Source: Promethearchaeota archaeon
Lineage (GTDB): Archaea; Asgardarchaeota; Lokiarchaeia; Sigyniarchaeales; SOKP01
DNA length: 64,000 nt
Direction: 5' to 3'
Assembly (NCBI GenBank): GCA_048938855.1
Contig: JBHLLT010000012.1
Span: 22,297-86,296, forward strand
The position numbers and the translations under genes were made by a program. The notes below the pieces were generated by a model, which did no database searches, was not told where the DNA came from, and was given only the letters and a program-made list of their open reading frames with translations. Shown here in pieces: positions 29,220 through 38,870 of the stretch. Position 1 is the stretch's first letter. Each line of letters begins with the position of its first letter.

Positions 29220-29828
29220 ATGATTATATTTCAGATTTTGGCAATTTGTGGTATGCTTAGTCCAATTATTTACACAGCAATGTGGATTATTATTGGTAGC
29301 TTTCAATCAGGTTATAACCATATTCGAGATGATATCAGTTCATTATTCGCAGTGGGCGCCCCTAATAGACGTTTAGCACAAGCATTCGTCATTACAGAAA
29401 GTGTTCTGTTGTTTATTTTTTTCATTGGATTACATTGGGGTATTACCGACGGAGGAGGTTCGATTCTTGGACCAATTTTCCTTTTAATAAGTTCTATATT
29501 AGGAATAGCAGTTGCTTTTTTCTTTCCTCTTGATGAAGGCGGTGAATTCACAACTTATAAAGGAAAAATGCATATTGCCCTTGTAGTTTTAATGGGGATA
29601 TTTGCAATTGCTGGGATGGTAACACTGTGGCTTCGCTTACAGAATATCCCTGCATGGAGTGGTTTTGCTATATTTTCACTTATCTCAGCGATTCTTTCAT
29701 TAATAGGTGTAATTATTTCAGCTAGATTTGCCTCAGGAAAGTATAGAGGTATAATTGAGCGTATAATGGTTACTCCCTTTCAGCTCTTTTACTTTATTCT
29801 TAGTCTAATGGTATTTCTGAATAATTAG
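29220..29828 (+). CDS. DUF998 family membrane protein
   Basis: GY.HIRD.IS.L...GAP, F..D, MH, G..ER motifs. Confidence 0.8.
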   Translation: MIIFQILAICGMLSPIIYTAMWIIIGSFQSGYNHIRDDISSLFAVGAPNRRLAQAFVITESVLLFIFFIGLHWGITDGGGSILGPIFLLISSILGIAVAFFFPLDEGGEFTTYKGKMHIALVVLMGIFAIAGMVTLWLRLQNIPAWSGFAIFSLISAILSLIGVIISARFASGKYRGIIERIMVTPFQLFYFILSLMVFLNN

Positions 29829-29883
29829 ACTTAAAAGATCTATTACAAATATATTTTTTATTATTAAAGGAATGTAAAACCTC

Positions 29884-30663
29884 ATGCCAGAACTTCCAGA
29901 AGTAGAAACATTTAAACGTTATTTTGACAAAACCTCATTAAATCAAATAATTAAATCAATAAAAGTAATAGATAATAGAGTCCTAGATATTGATGAGGAA
30001 AATCTGAAAAAATTAGTAAATAATAATCATTTCCAATCATCCATAAGACATGGGAAATATCTCCTAATTAATCTTGAAAAAGGAGTCTTAGTCATGCATT
30101 TTGGAATGACCGGAGATTTAGAATATTATGATTCAAAAGAAGAAGATCCTAGTTATAGTAAAGTAATCTTTCATTTTAGTAATGGCTTTAATTTAGCATA
30201 CATATCACTTAGAATGTTTGGAAGGTTGTATATTGCGAATTCTATAGAAGAATTTATTGAAAGAAAGAAACTTGGACCTGATGCTTTTAAAATGAGTCTT
30301 GAAGAATTTAAAGGTGCTTTAAAAAAAAGGACAGCAATCCTCAAAAATGCTTTACTAAATCAGAGTTTTGTTGCGGGTATAGGTAATATCTATTCAGATG
30401 AAATTATGTTTAGAACAAAATTAAATCCTAAATTTAAATTAAATACATTAGATGATAGTAAGGTTAAAGAGCTTTTTACTAATATTAAAGATATTCTCCA
30501 ATTCGGAATTGATAAAGAAGGCGATCTAAGTTCTTATCCAGATATTTTTCTAATTCCTCATCGTAAAAAGGAAGAAATATGCCCCATTTGTCAGAATGAG
30601 ATTAAAAGTATAGATTTATCAGGACGACGTGGTTATTATTGTCCAAATTGTCAGGCAGAATGA
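29884..30663 (+). CDS. mutM: Formamidopyrimidine-DNA glycosylase (Fpg/Nei)
   Basis: MPELPEVET, RHGKY, HFGMTG, AGIGNIYSDE H2TH, C-terminal CPIC..CPNCQ zinc finger. Confidence 0.95.
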   Translation: MPELPEVETFKRYFDKTSLNQIIKSIKVIDNRVLDIDEENLKKLVNNNHFQSSIRHGKYLLINLEKGVLVMHFGMTGDLEYYDSKEEDPSYSKVIFHFSNGFNLAYISLRMFGRLYIANSIEEFIERKKLGPDAFKMSLEEFKGALKKRTAILKNALLNQSFVAGIGNIYSDEIMFRTKLNPKFKLNTLDDSKVKELFTNIKDILQFGIDKEGDLSSYPDIFLIPHRKKEEICPICQNEIKSIDLSGRRGYYCPNCQAE

Positions 30664-30799
30664 TCAAAAGAAGGGGGCTATATTTAAAAAATTGCATTTC
30701 AATCTTTTATAAATTATTAAGATAATTTTTTTTTATGACAGTACTTAATAATTATTTCTAATATAACGCTTGTTATATAACAAAATATAAAATAAAAAA

Positions 30800-31333
30800 A
30801 TGATGTTAAAAATGGAAGTAAGAAAACTTTTAACTATACTTGGTGGGATTATAGCTCTTGTTGCAACATACATATTTTCTTGGTTTGTCGTTGATGATGC
30901 AGGTACTTTATATTATGGACATGGTTTGGGTGTGCTATTTAGCCTTCCTTATACTTTTGCAAATGCAGAAACAATTGCTGCTAGTTGGGGAGCAGGAGTA
31001 CCTTTCTTTGTTCTATATATTGTGGGTGGATGTTTAATATTATTCTTATTCTCAGGTGTGTTGATATTACTTGGAGTGAAAAGTCGTGTTGTTTCGATCA
31101 TCGGAGCACTTATGCCAATTGGAATTGCACTTGCAATTTTCTCAGGACCTTTCAGTGTTCCTCCAAATGTTATAGACTATATACAACCTTTTTCCAGTGA
31201 AGCCTTAGGAGCATTTCCTATACATCTTGCAGTTTGGCCATCAGGATTTGGGGCTTCTGTAGCATTAGGGAATTATTTACTACTTGTTGGAGGAATCTTA
31301 GGATTAGTGGGAGGAATACTACCAAGAAAATAA
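30800..31333 (+). CDS. 4-TM hypothetical membrane protein
   Basis: Hydrophobic Gly-rich ORF with oligo-T downstream. Confidence 0.75.
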   Translation: MMLKMEVRKLLTILGGIIALVATYIFSWFVVDDAGTLYYGHGLGVLFSLPYTFANAETIAASWGAGVPFFVLYIVGGCLILFLFSGVLILLGVKSRVVSIIGALMPIGIALAIFSGPFSVPPNVIDYIQPFSSEALGAFPIHLAVWPSGFGASVALGNYLLLVGGILGLVGGILPRK

Positions 31334-31492
31334 ATGGAAATTATAATTTTTTTTATATTATTTTATTCTTAATTATTAAAATTTAGGGGTGATATGAAGC
31401 ATACCTCCTAAGAAAAAATATTTTCTAACTAGAAAAAGAATTAAAAAGAAATTGTCTTTTATATTTTGGACTAACTTTTGAGCCTTTAAGAT

Positions 31493-32041
31493 TTAATCTC
31501 TCGATTCAAATAGATTCACCGATATATCAAGGAGATCTCTACTCGTTTTTCCTTCCTTTATCATTTTTTCAATTTTTTTATTAACTTTATCTTTATCTCC
31601 GTTGGCAAGTGTAATTAAATTCTTCACATTCCAATTTTGATATCTTTTAGAAAGCCCTTGGAAAAAAACCGGAGCGGGGGACATCATGGGTTTTTGAGGT
31701 TGTTCTGGAACTGCTTTACACATCCCAGCTTCTAAATCCAGAAATTCACATTCACTACAAGAATTAATGTTTTTTTGTTTAGCACATTGATTAATTGGAC
31801 AATCCATTCTTTCTTGACAACCTGGGCAGGTGGGATAGTCTTTTAAAAGATCTAAAGTGTTTAAAAATCCCGAGAAATTATCTTTATTAAATTCTGGGTT
31901 AAACATTAAAACTACTCCTTGGATCATAGGGTCTTCAAAAACTTTAAATAAATATTTTGCTGAATCTTGCATCTTGGTTGTATTACTATCACATAAATCA
32001 CAATTTAAACCGCATGTAGTTATTTCATAATCCTTTGTCAT
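31493..32041 (-). CDS. DUF3795 family Cys-rich (Fe-S/Zn) protein
   Basis: CGLNCDLC, CPGC, C.INQCA....CSECEF. Confidence 0.8.
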   Translation of the reverse strand: MTKDYEITTCGLNCDLCDSNTTKMQDSAKYLFKVFEDPMIQGVVLMFNPEFNKDNFSGFLNTLDLLKDYPTCPGCQERMDCPINQCAKQKNINSCSECEFLDLEAGMCKAVPEQPQKPMMSPAPVFFQGLSKRYQNWNVKNLITLANGDKDKVNKKIEKMIKEGKTSRDLLDISVNLFESRD

Positions 32042-32233
32042 TTTAACTCACAATTTACTCTATTTTTTAAATTTTTATTAACTTAATAAAACAAATTAAG
32101 ATTTCTTTATATTAGTATTTCTCATTAACTAATACAAAATATTGCTTATTAAAACAAATCAAAATTTCTCAATAGTGTCTCTCTAATTTTACATTTGGTT
32201 TTTTATTAAAATAAAAAGAAAATGATTTTGTTT

Positions 32234-32476
32234 TTATTTATATAATTTTTTATATAATTTATTAACTTGAGGACACCCAGTATTACTTCCGTTTTCAGCA
32301 TTTGCAAAACATCTTTTCTCGGGAGCACTTGTAAATTTCGTACAGCCCCAACACCACATTTTATTAAAAGAAATCGTTTTTTTCTTATTTATAGCACGGA
32401 CTTGCTCACATAATTCTAACGCTTCATCAACAGTTAATCTTATTGTATCTTTAATTCTTAACACCTCTTTTTCCAA
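32234..32476 (-). CDS. Small Cys-rich hypothetical protein
   Basis: C, CWGC, C and GCPQVN pattern; TTG start abuts the upstream stop. Confidence 0.7.
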   Translation of the reverse strand: MEKEVLRIKDTIRLTVDEALELCEQVRAINKKKTISFNKMWCWGCTKFTSAPEKRCFANAENGSNTGCPQVNKLYKKLYK

Positions 32477-33154
32477 TTATTTTGAATTAAATTTTTTATA
32501 TAAATTTTCATTATGGTTGGTTTTTCCAAGTAAATAATTAGCAAGATACCATCCTATCAAAGCCCCCATTACCCCTTGAATGATTGAATAAGGTATCATA
32601 AAGTAAGCGTATGTAAGAAAATCATCAATACCAGGTATCGATAATCCAGATTTATAGAATGTCCCCCCAGCTAAAATACTTAGTAAAATGAAGCTAATTG
32701 AAGAGATTAGTGAGGATATTAATACAGCCTTTCTTTCATTTTTGGCAGGTTTTAACACCCATAGTGAAAGATCTATTGACAAACCATAAGCTATATAGAT
32801 TAAAGCCCAGTATAACGCACCCCAAGGAGATTGCAAGGTATTCTCTATTTGCCATTCTATAACAAGCTCAATTGGGATTCCAATAAGCCCACATATTCCG
32901 AAAAAGAATACAGCTGTACCTTTAGTCTTCAAATATACAATGAAAAAATAAGTTGTCATCATTAGAAAAATCATTACAAAATAGAGATAAATATAACCAA
33001 TTTCTATCATTACAATGTCAAAAAACACAGTAAACACTGCATTTAATACCGCTATAATCATAAAGCCAATTAGATTTAAACCTAAAGCTCGTTTATTCCA
33101 CGGTTTATACCAATTTAAGGTATTAGATTGATTTAATATAATTATTTCTTTCAT
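32477..33154 (-). CDS. 6-TM membrane protein (possibly ECF S-component-like)
   Basis: Six hydrophobic helices; GGAGG SD. Confidence 0.65.
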   Translation of the reverse strand: MKEIIILNQSNTLNWYKPWNKRALGLNLIGFMIIAVLNAVFTVFFDIVMIEIGYIYLYFVMIFLMMTTYFFIVYLKTKGTAVFFFGICGLIGIPIELVIEWQIENTLQSPWGALYWALIYIAYGLSIDLSLWVLKPAKNERKAVLISSLISSISFILLSILAGGTFYKSGLSIPGIDDFLTYAYFMIPYSIIQGVMGALIGWYLANYLLGKTNHNENLYKKFNSK

Positions 33155-33280
33155 TTAATTGCCTCCATTTAATAATTTGTAATTTTTATAAGAATATTAT
33201 GATAAAACTACTCATATTTTCTTAATTATCATGAACCAATTGAAATATTTAAAGAATATGGTGATTTCAATCTCTATAAA

Positions 33281-33308
33281 TGGACATTTAATTTGGTGAA
33301 AATGTTCA
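33281..33308. promoter_or_regulatory. Imperfect inverted repeat TGGACATTT-N10-AAATGTTCA in a divergent promoter
   Basis: Lies between the membrane-protein operon and the divergent tandem Lrp/AsnC regulator. Confidence 0.35.
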
Positions 33309-33376
33309 GTTTCATAAAAATTCTTAAGCAAATTAGACATTATTTGGTATAATAAAAAAGTATATCTATCAATAAG

Positions 33377-34270
33377 ATGGATGATAAAGACTTAGAACTT
33401 CTAAAGTTATTGTTGTTTGATGGCCGAATGACTTATGAATTAATTGCAAAAAAGCTTAAACTAACTCCCTATCTAGTTAAGAAAAAAATCCAAAATTTAG
33501 TTGATATGGGAGTAATCATGAAATTTACAACTAATCTCAATTTCTTGATATTTCAAAAATCAGTTTGTTATACTCTTGCTGAGGTAAAACAAGGAACAGA
33601 TCAGCAAGAACTTATTGAACAATTAGGGAAGTTGGATGAGGTTACGGGCGGAGCGATTTCTCTTCAAAATAAGATGCAGATAATTCATATCTATTCTGAT
33701 GATTATGAGTTTAAAAAAAATCTTGAGAAATTCATGCAGCATGATGAAGTATTAAACACTGAAAATTTTATTCTCCTTATCCCTCCAAATTTAGGCTTTA
33801 AAAATACTAGGTTAATTAAAACTGATTGGAAAATTATCAATTCTATAAAAGATAATTGCAGAAAAACTGATATTGAAATTGCGAATGAGTTAGGAATTTC
33901 TTCTAAAACAGTCAAGCGAAGGTTAGATTATCTGAGAGAAAATAATATAATTATTTTTATGATAGACCTTGATACTAGTGCAGCGGATTTCTTATCGTAT
34001 CTTTTAATCGTTAATTTTCAAAAAATTGCATCAGAATCACTAAATAAAGTTGGGAAAATTGTAAAAAATTATTTCTACATGTGGAAAGTTGCAAATCAAG
34101 AAGCATTTATTTATACAGTATTCATAGAAAAATTAAGAGATATAGATGAACAAGTTAAGGAAATTGAAAAAGTTCCCTATGTGAAAGAAGTTATTAGTTA
34201 CGTTCCAACTAAAATGTTCTATTTTAAGAATTGGATTGATATACTAATTGAAAATAATGTTATTGATTAA
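33377..34270 (+). CDS. Tandem (duplicated) Lrp/AsnC-type regulator
   Basis: Two HTH-RAM units (MDDKDLELLKLL..DGR; TDWKIINSIKDNCRK...GISSKTVKRRL). Confidence 0.85.
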   Translation: MDDKDLELLKLLLFDGRMTYELIAKKLKLTPYLVKKKIQNLVDMGVIMKFTTNLNFLIFQKSVCYTLAEVKQGTDQQELIEQLGKLDEVTGGAISLQNKMQIIHIYSDDYEFKKNLEKFMQHDEVLNTENFILLIPPNLGFKNTRLIKTDWKIINSIKDNCRKTDIEIANELGISSKTVKRRLDYLRENNIIIFMIDLDTSAADFLSYLLIVNFQKIASESLNKVGKIVKNYFYMWKVANQEAFIYTVFIEKLRDIDEQVKEIEKVPYVKEVISYVPTKMFYFKNWIDILIENNVID

Positions 34271-34294
34271 ATCAATAATTAGATTATTTAAGTT

Positions 34295-37200
34295 TTAAGC
34301 TTCAGGTATTAAGATCACAAATGAATCTCCTTCAACCCATATCTTTCCATCATATATATTTAATACCCGCTCAACCAAAAGGAAACCTAGAATTATTTCC
34401 TTTATTTTGCTGTCCTTTTCCCATTCTTTCTTAAATATCAGTTTTTTCCCAATATTGGAAATCTCTTTTTGATAATCAATAAATTTTATTTTAATAAAGT
34501 TCAAGCCATCTTCTAGACTTCTAATTATAATAATTTTAATTTCTATTGTTGGATTTCTATTATATCTTATCGAACTGATTAAGATATTGACAAGAACATC
34601 GACCAAAAATTTATCCGCTTTAACATACAATTCTTCATGTGGTTGTTCAACGGATATATTTATTTTTTTATTAGAATAGCTATTTGTAATAAATTCTATG
34701 ACGTTTTGAATTACACTATTTAAATTTACTGATTCAATTATTACATTGGTTTCATTAATTTGTCTTAATTTTTGAATGATATATATTAATAATTTCGCAT
34801 TAATGCATTGATCTTTAACATATTCTAATAAATCGCTTTTAGATTTTAATAAAATTTGATTTTCTTGTTTATCAAATGCGTCTATATGAGATTGCATGCT
34901 TTTTATTATATTATTTATATCATTTACAAATAATTCCTTGTAAAAATATTCTCTATCAAAATCTTGGTGTATATTTTCTAGACTCAGACGTAAATTCTCT
35001 TCAGCTTGTCTACGTAAAATCACATTTTTTAGAATATCAGAAATAATGCTTAGCAATTCTAGATTATCATCTAACCAATGGTTCTCAGGTGTAATATTAT
35101 CAAACCAAATTAAAGCTTCTAATTCTCCATTAATCTTTATTGAAAAAGTTAAAAGATTTTTAATTTTATGAATTTCCAGAAATGTCTTTAACTTAATTGC
35201 AGATTTAGAAAGATTACGTATATTTTTAACATATAAATAATCGATATTTTTTAATTCTTCAATCAAATATGGAAAATTACTAATTTTAATCTCTTCAGGT
35301 AAACTAACTTGAGGGTACAACAGTTTACCGTACCACATATAGCCAGGTTTTGGGAAATTGAGATTATTGTTAAAGATATAAAGACAGGCTCGTGCAGCAT
35401 TAACAAATTCACCGATATCTCTAAGAGAATCTATCATTGCTTGATCAAAATCTGTTATTCCTACAAATCTAGATACAATTTTGGTAATGACTGCTTTTAA
35501 CCTAGATATTTTCATCAATTCCTGTTCAATTCTTTTTTCTTCCGTTATATTTTGATATATTATTTGATAAAATGTTTCATCTCCAATATCAACAACAGAG
35601 GTTTGCATATTTACCCAGATGAGATTACCGTTTTTTTGATAAAGTTGAATTTCAAATGGAGGATACATTTTACCTCTCTCTTCACTCTTAAATCTTTTAA
35701 GAACTTCTACTACATAATCTTCGTGGATAATTGAGAGATCAACAAATTTTCTTCCCAATAAGTCTTCTCTTGAGTAACCTAACATAGTTTCCAATGCTGG
35801 ATTTAAATCGACCAATGATCCTTTAGGATCAATTAAAAGTATGGAAAATGGCGATTCTTTAAAAAGATGCCGGAATTTTATTTCGGAATGCTTAAGTTTT
35901 ATTTCCGCTTCTATTCTCTTACTAATATTACGAATAATATATTGAATAAGAATTTGTCCTCCCATTTGAACTTCATTTACACTAATTTCTACCGGAATGA
36001 GGTTTCCTGAATTGTCAATAACTTCTAATCTAAATGGAAATGGAGAGTCAAGTTGCTCAAACACTTCCTCATTAAAATCTATATTAATAATGCCACTCAA
36101 AATTTGACTAGAATGCAATCCAATAAAGTCTTCAAAAGGGCGGTGAAACAATTTTTCAGCTTCTTCATTCACATCCATTATTATTCCTGAATTTTTATCA
36201 ATTATCAAAATTGCATCTCTAGCAGCTTTAAATAATGCCTCATACCGTAATTCAGCTATTTTAAGAGCTTCAATTGATGGTTGATATAAACTTAATTGAT
36301 GAATTAATGTGTTATGAACAGTTTCAAGGCAATCTAATACATGCTTTTTATCTAAATAATTTTTTTTAATATCATCAAAATAGTTGAGTATTATTGAGCT
36401 AAATTGGTTTATAATATTTTTAGGAAATTTTTCATTGTAATATACAATTAATGATAAAGGTAATAATCCTCCTCTAGTACTCTCATTTTCAATATAATCA
36501 AAATAGATTGCTGCGTTTGAATTTAAATGGGGAAATGGTAGGATTACTGATGCAGGCTTGAGTTCACCTCCTCCAAAAATAAACTGTGATACAGAGATGC
36601 TTTTTATTGATATTAATTCCGGATTTTCAAAAGCATTTTTAGGATGGACTGCTTCGACTTTAACCCCTAAATTTTCATCCCATCGACAGAAAATTATCCC
36701 AACTTCACTTTTTGGGATATATTTATCAACTCTCTCCGCAATTTTAAGTGAAAGCCAATTAAATGCTTCATCTATATTAATGTTTTTCACCGCACTAGTC
36801 AAAAAGGATTTTATTGGTCTTTTGCTAAGTTTCTTTATTCCCATTGCGTCTTCAAGTTCTTTTATATCTGGTTGTGTTAAATCAGCCTTATTGAAAAGGA
36901 TAAGAAGAGGTAATTCACTTAACTCTGGCTTACCCGCAATTTCATGTAATAATTCGCGTGCAAATGAGAACTTAATTTTATCAGTAATATCCAATACAAA
37001 AATTAATCCATCTTGATTTTTAAGATAAGGTTTCCATACTTCTTTAACTTTATATTTTCCTGGAATATCATATGTTAATAAAGATACATTATTAACGAGG
37101 ATTCTCGATATATCTACATTTAGTGTTGGAAATAACGTTTTTGACACAGATTTTCTTCGGGTTCGAATTATCGTTGTCTTACCTGCTAGCGAAAGTCCAA

Positions 37201-37678
37201 AAATTAATATCTTTGCTTCTTTTTGTTCAAAAATGACTTTCTCTTCTGGAAAAGATGCATGAAACGAATTTAAAAGCTGCATAATTTCCGTTAATTTCTT
37301 TGGATCTCCTTTATAAATTCTGGAATTTACATAAAAAGCTTTGAAACCTTCATCAATTTTTTTGAAATCTTCAATAAATCCCTCCAAAAACTTTTGAGCT
37401 AAATTTGTATTTATTCTGGATTTGCTATCAATAACGAGTGAAATTAAAAGATGCTCATGTCCTGTATTTGAATATTCGCTGGGAATATCGAAGATTAAAT
37501 TAGCAGTTTTGAAAGTTCCAAATGTATGCTTGAAAAAACCAGTATCATATAGATCAATCAATAATGGAACTTGTTTAATATCCTCTCTTTCAATTGTATC
37601 CGGTGTTTTTAAAAATATATATGGAGGAAAATATGGATTACGATGACTTAAAACTAGAAACCTCATTTTGATATTCAC
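34295..37678 (-). CDS. Longin/uDENN-like, Arf-like GTPase, longin/uDENN-like, PAS, PAS, GAF, degenerate HisKA/HATPase fusion protein
   Basis: G1 GLSLAGKT, G2 PT, G3 YDIPGK, G4 NKAD, G5 TSA; PAS ends RNISKR and QNITEE; GAF with W...LELL; kinase remnant without His or DxGxG. Confidence 0.85.
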   Translation of the reverse strand: MNIKMRFLVLSHRNPYFPPYIFLKTPDTIEREDIKQVPLLIDLYDTGFFKHTFGTFKTANLIFDIPSEYSNTGHEHLLISLVIDSKSRINTNLAQKFLEGFIEDFKKIDEGFKAFYVNSRIYKGDPKKLTEIMQLLNSFHASFPEEKVIFEQKEAKILIFGLSLAGKTTIIRTRRKSVSKTLFPTLNVDISRILVNNVSLLTYDIPGKYKVKEVWKPYLKNQDGLIFVLDITDKIKFSFARELLHEIAGKPELSELPLLILFNKADLTQPDIKELEDAMGIKKLSKRPIKSFLTSAVKNINIDEAFNWLSLKIAERVDKYIPKSEVGIIFCRWDENLGVKVEAVHPKNAFENPELISIKSISVSQFIFGGGELKPASVILPFPHLNSNAAIYFDYIENESTRGGLLPLSLIVYYNEKFPKNIINQFSSIILNYFDDIKKNYLDKKHVLDCLETVHNTLIHQLSLYQPSIEALKIAELRYEALFKAARDAILIIDKNSGIIMDVNEEAEKLFHRPFEDFIGLHSSQILSGIINIDFNEEVFEQLDSPFPFRLEVIDNSGNLIPVEISVNEVQMGGQILIQYIIRNISKRIEAEIKLKHSEIKFRHLFKESPFSILLIDPKGSLVDLNPALETMLGYSREDLLGRKFVDLSIIHEDYVVEVLKRFKSEERGKMYPPFEIQLYQKNGNLIWVNMQTSVVDIGDETFYQIIYQNITEEKRIEQELMKISRLKAVITKIVSRFVGITDFDQAMIDSLRDIGEFVNAARACLYIFNNNLNFPKPGYMWYGKLLYPQVSLPEEIKISNFPYLIEELKNIDYLYVKNIRNLSKSAIKLKTFLEIHKIKNLLTFSIKINGELEALIWFDNITPENHWLDDNLELLSIISDILKNVILRRQAEENLRLSLENIHQDFDREYFYKELFVNDINNIIKSMQSHIDAFDKQENQILLKSKSDLLEYVKDQCINAKLLIYIIQKLRQINETNVIIESVNLNSVIQNVIEFITNSYSNKKINISVEQPHEELYVKADKFLVDVLVNILISSIRYNRNPTIEIKIIIIRSLEDGLNFIKIKFIDYQKEISNIGKKLIFKKEWEKDSKIKEIILGFLLVERVLNIYDGKIWVEGDSFVILIPEA

Positions 37679-37952
37679 TTATTTTTTTTTAAAATATTCT
37701 TTCCTAATACTAACTTACTGAATTATTGTATTAAAATTTATATCATAAGATTATAATCTATGTTATATTGAAGAGAACAATAAAATCAGATCATATTATT
37801 AAATTTTTTTGTAAATGAAAAAAATGAACTCATAGTCAATATCAAAAGGATAGAGGAAAAAATCCTTATTACAAACAAAAGTTACTAAAAATTTTAAAGA
37901 TTATCTGGTGAAAAGATTCAAAATTTGATTCTAGGTCTCAAGATAGTGAGTA

Positions 37953-38177
37953 TTAATACCCTTCATTCAATTGATAATAAAATCCTTCATTTTTGAGAAT
38001 TTTCAAGATACCATTCTTTCTATATATATTGAAGAGCTTTTTGACCTCAGAAGGAGGTATACCATTATTTTCAGCTATAATTTCGATCATAAATTTAGGA
38101 AATTTCTTATAGCTTTTTTGCAGAGAGTGAAGTGCTTCTAAAAACCTTGCTGAATAGTCTATTTCTGATATAACCAT
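37953..38177 (-). CDS. Small stand-alone winged-helix protein
   Basis: IAENNGIPPSEVKKLFNIYRKNGILK...GFYYQL; AGGTGAGGAG SD before the ATG at 38177. Confidence 0.65.
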   Translation of the reverse strand: MVISEIDYSARFLEALHSLQKSYKKFPKFMIEIIAENNGIPPSEVKKLFNIYRKNGILKILKNEGFYYQLNEGY

Positions 38178-38365
38178 TCTCCTCACCTTAACTCGTTAGA
38201 AAATAATTTTATTTTAATACTTATAATACTCTTAATTCTATTAAGAGTATGATATATCGGATATATAAAGATTAGCATTAACAATAGTTAATGTAGTGAT
38301 AATTTGTCATATCACAATATAAATTCATCAATATAATATTTCAAAACAAAATTAATTCAACCAAA

Positions 38366-38821
38366 CTAATCATCAGCAAACCAATAACGCTTGCCTTTTT
38401 TCATCCAATTATCTAAACCCATCTCTTTAATACCTTCAAAGTTTTTTAAATAAGAATCTCCATATAGCTCTTGCTTATTTGTAATTCGAAGTGTTTCACA
38501 ATTCTCATATATCTCACATTCATAACAAGCAAAGTACCTTTTACTACGACAACATTTTCTAACCTTACAACTATGTTCAGTATCTTCCTTTTCTCTGCAT
38601 ATCTTTTCACATTTCAATTCTGTAATGAACTGGAGCATTTCATGAAATTTATCATATTCTTTTAGTTTTTCTGTAAATAAATTCTTCGCGGTTTTTTCAA
38701 ATTTGTACTGATTTAATTTGTTTTCTAATTTAATTGCGGCATCAGAAATTTCACCTAAATAACCAGCACAATCTCCACAATAGAGTCCACAATAGGCGAG
38801 TAATTTTTTACTATCTTTCAT
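38366..38821 (-). CDS. DUF3795 family Cys-rich protein
   Basis: YCGLYCGDC, C..C, CKVRKCC...ACYECE. Confidence 0.82.
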   Translation of the reverse strand: MKDSKKLLAYCGLYCGDCAGYLGEISDAAIKLENKLNQYKFEKTAKNLFTEKLKEYDKFHEMLQFITELKCEKICREKEDTEHSCKVRKCCRSKRYFACYECEIYENCETLRITNKQELYGDSYLKNFEGIKEMGLDNWMKKGKRYWFADD

Positions 38822-38870
38822 TATTTTTCGTTAATATAAATGAAATCTTAACTTAAAATTGTTTTACCAT

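Noticed and set aside
31386-31410. GC-richer imperfect hairpin (ggggtgatatg-aag-catacctcc) between convergent genes as an ncRNA
   Set aside because: It is too short and imperfect and has no second copy; at most a terminator-associated stem
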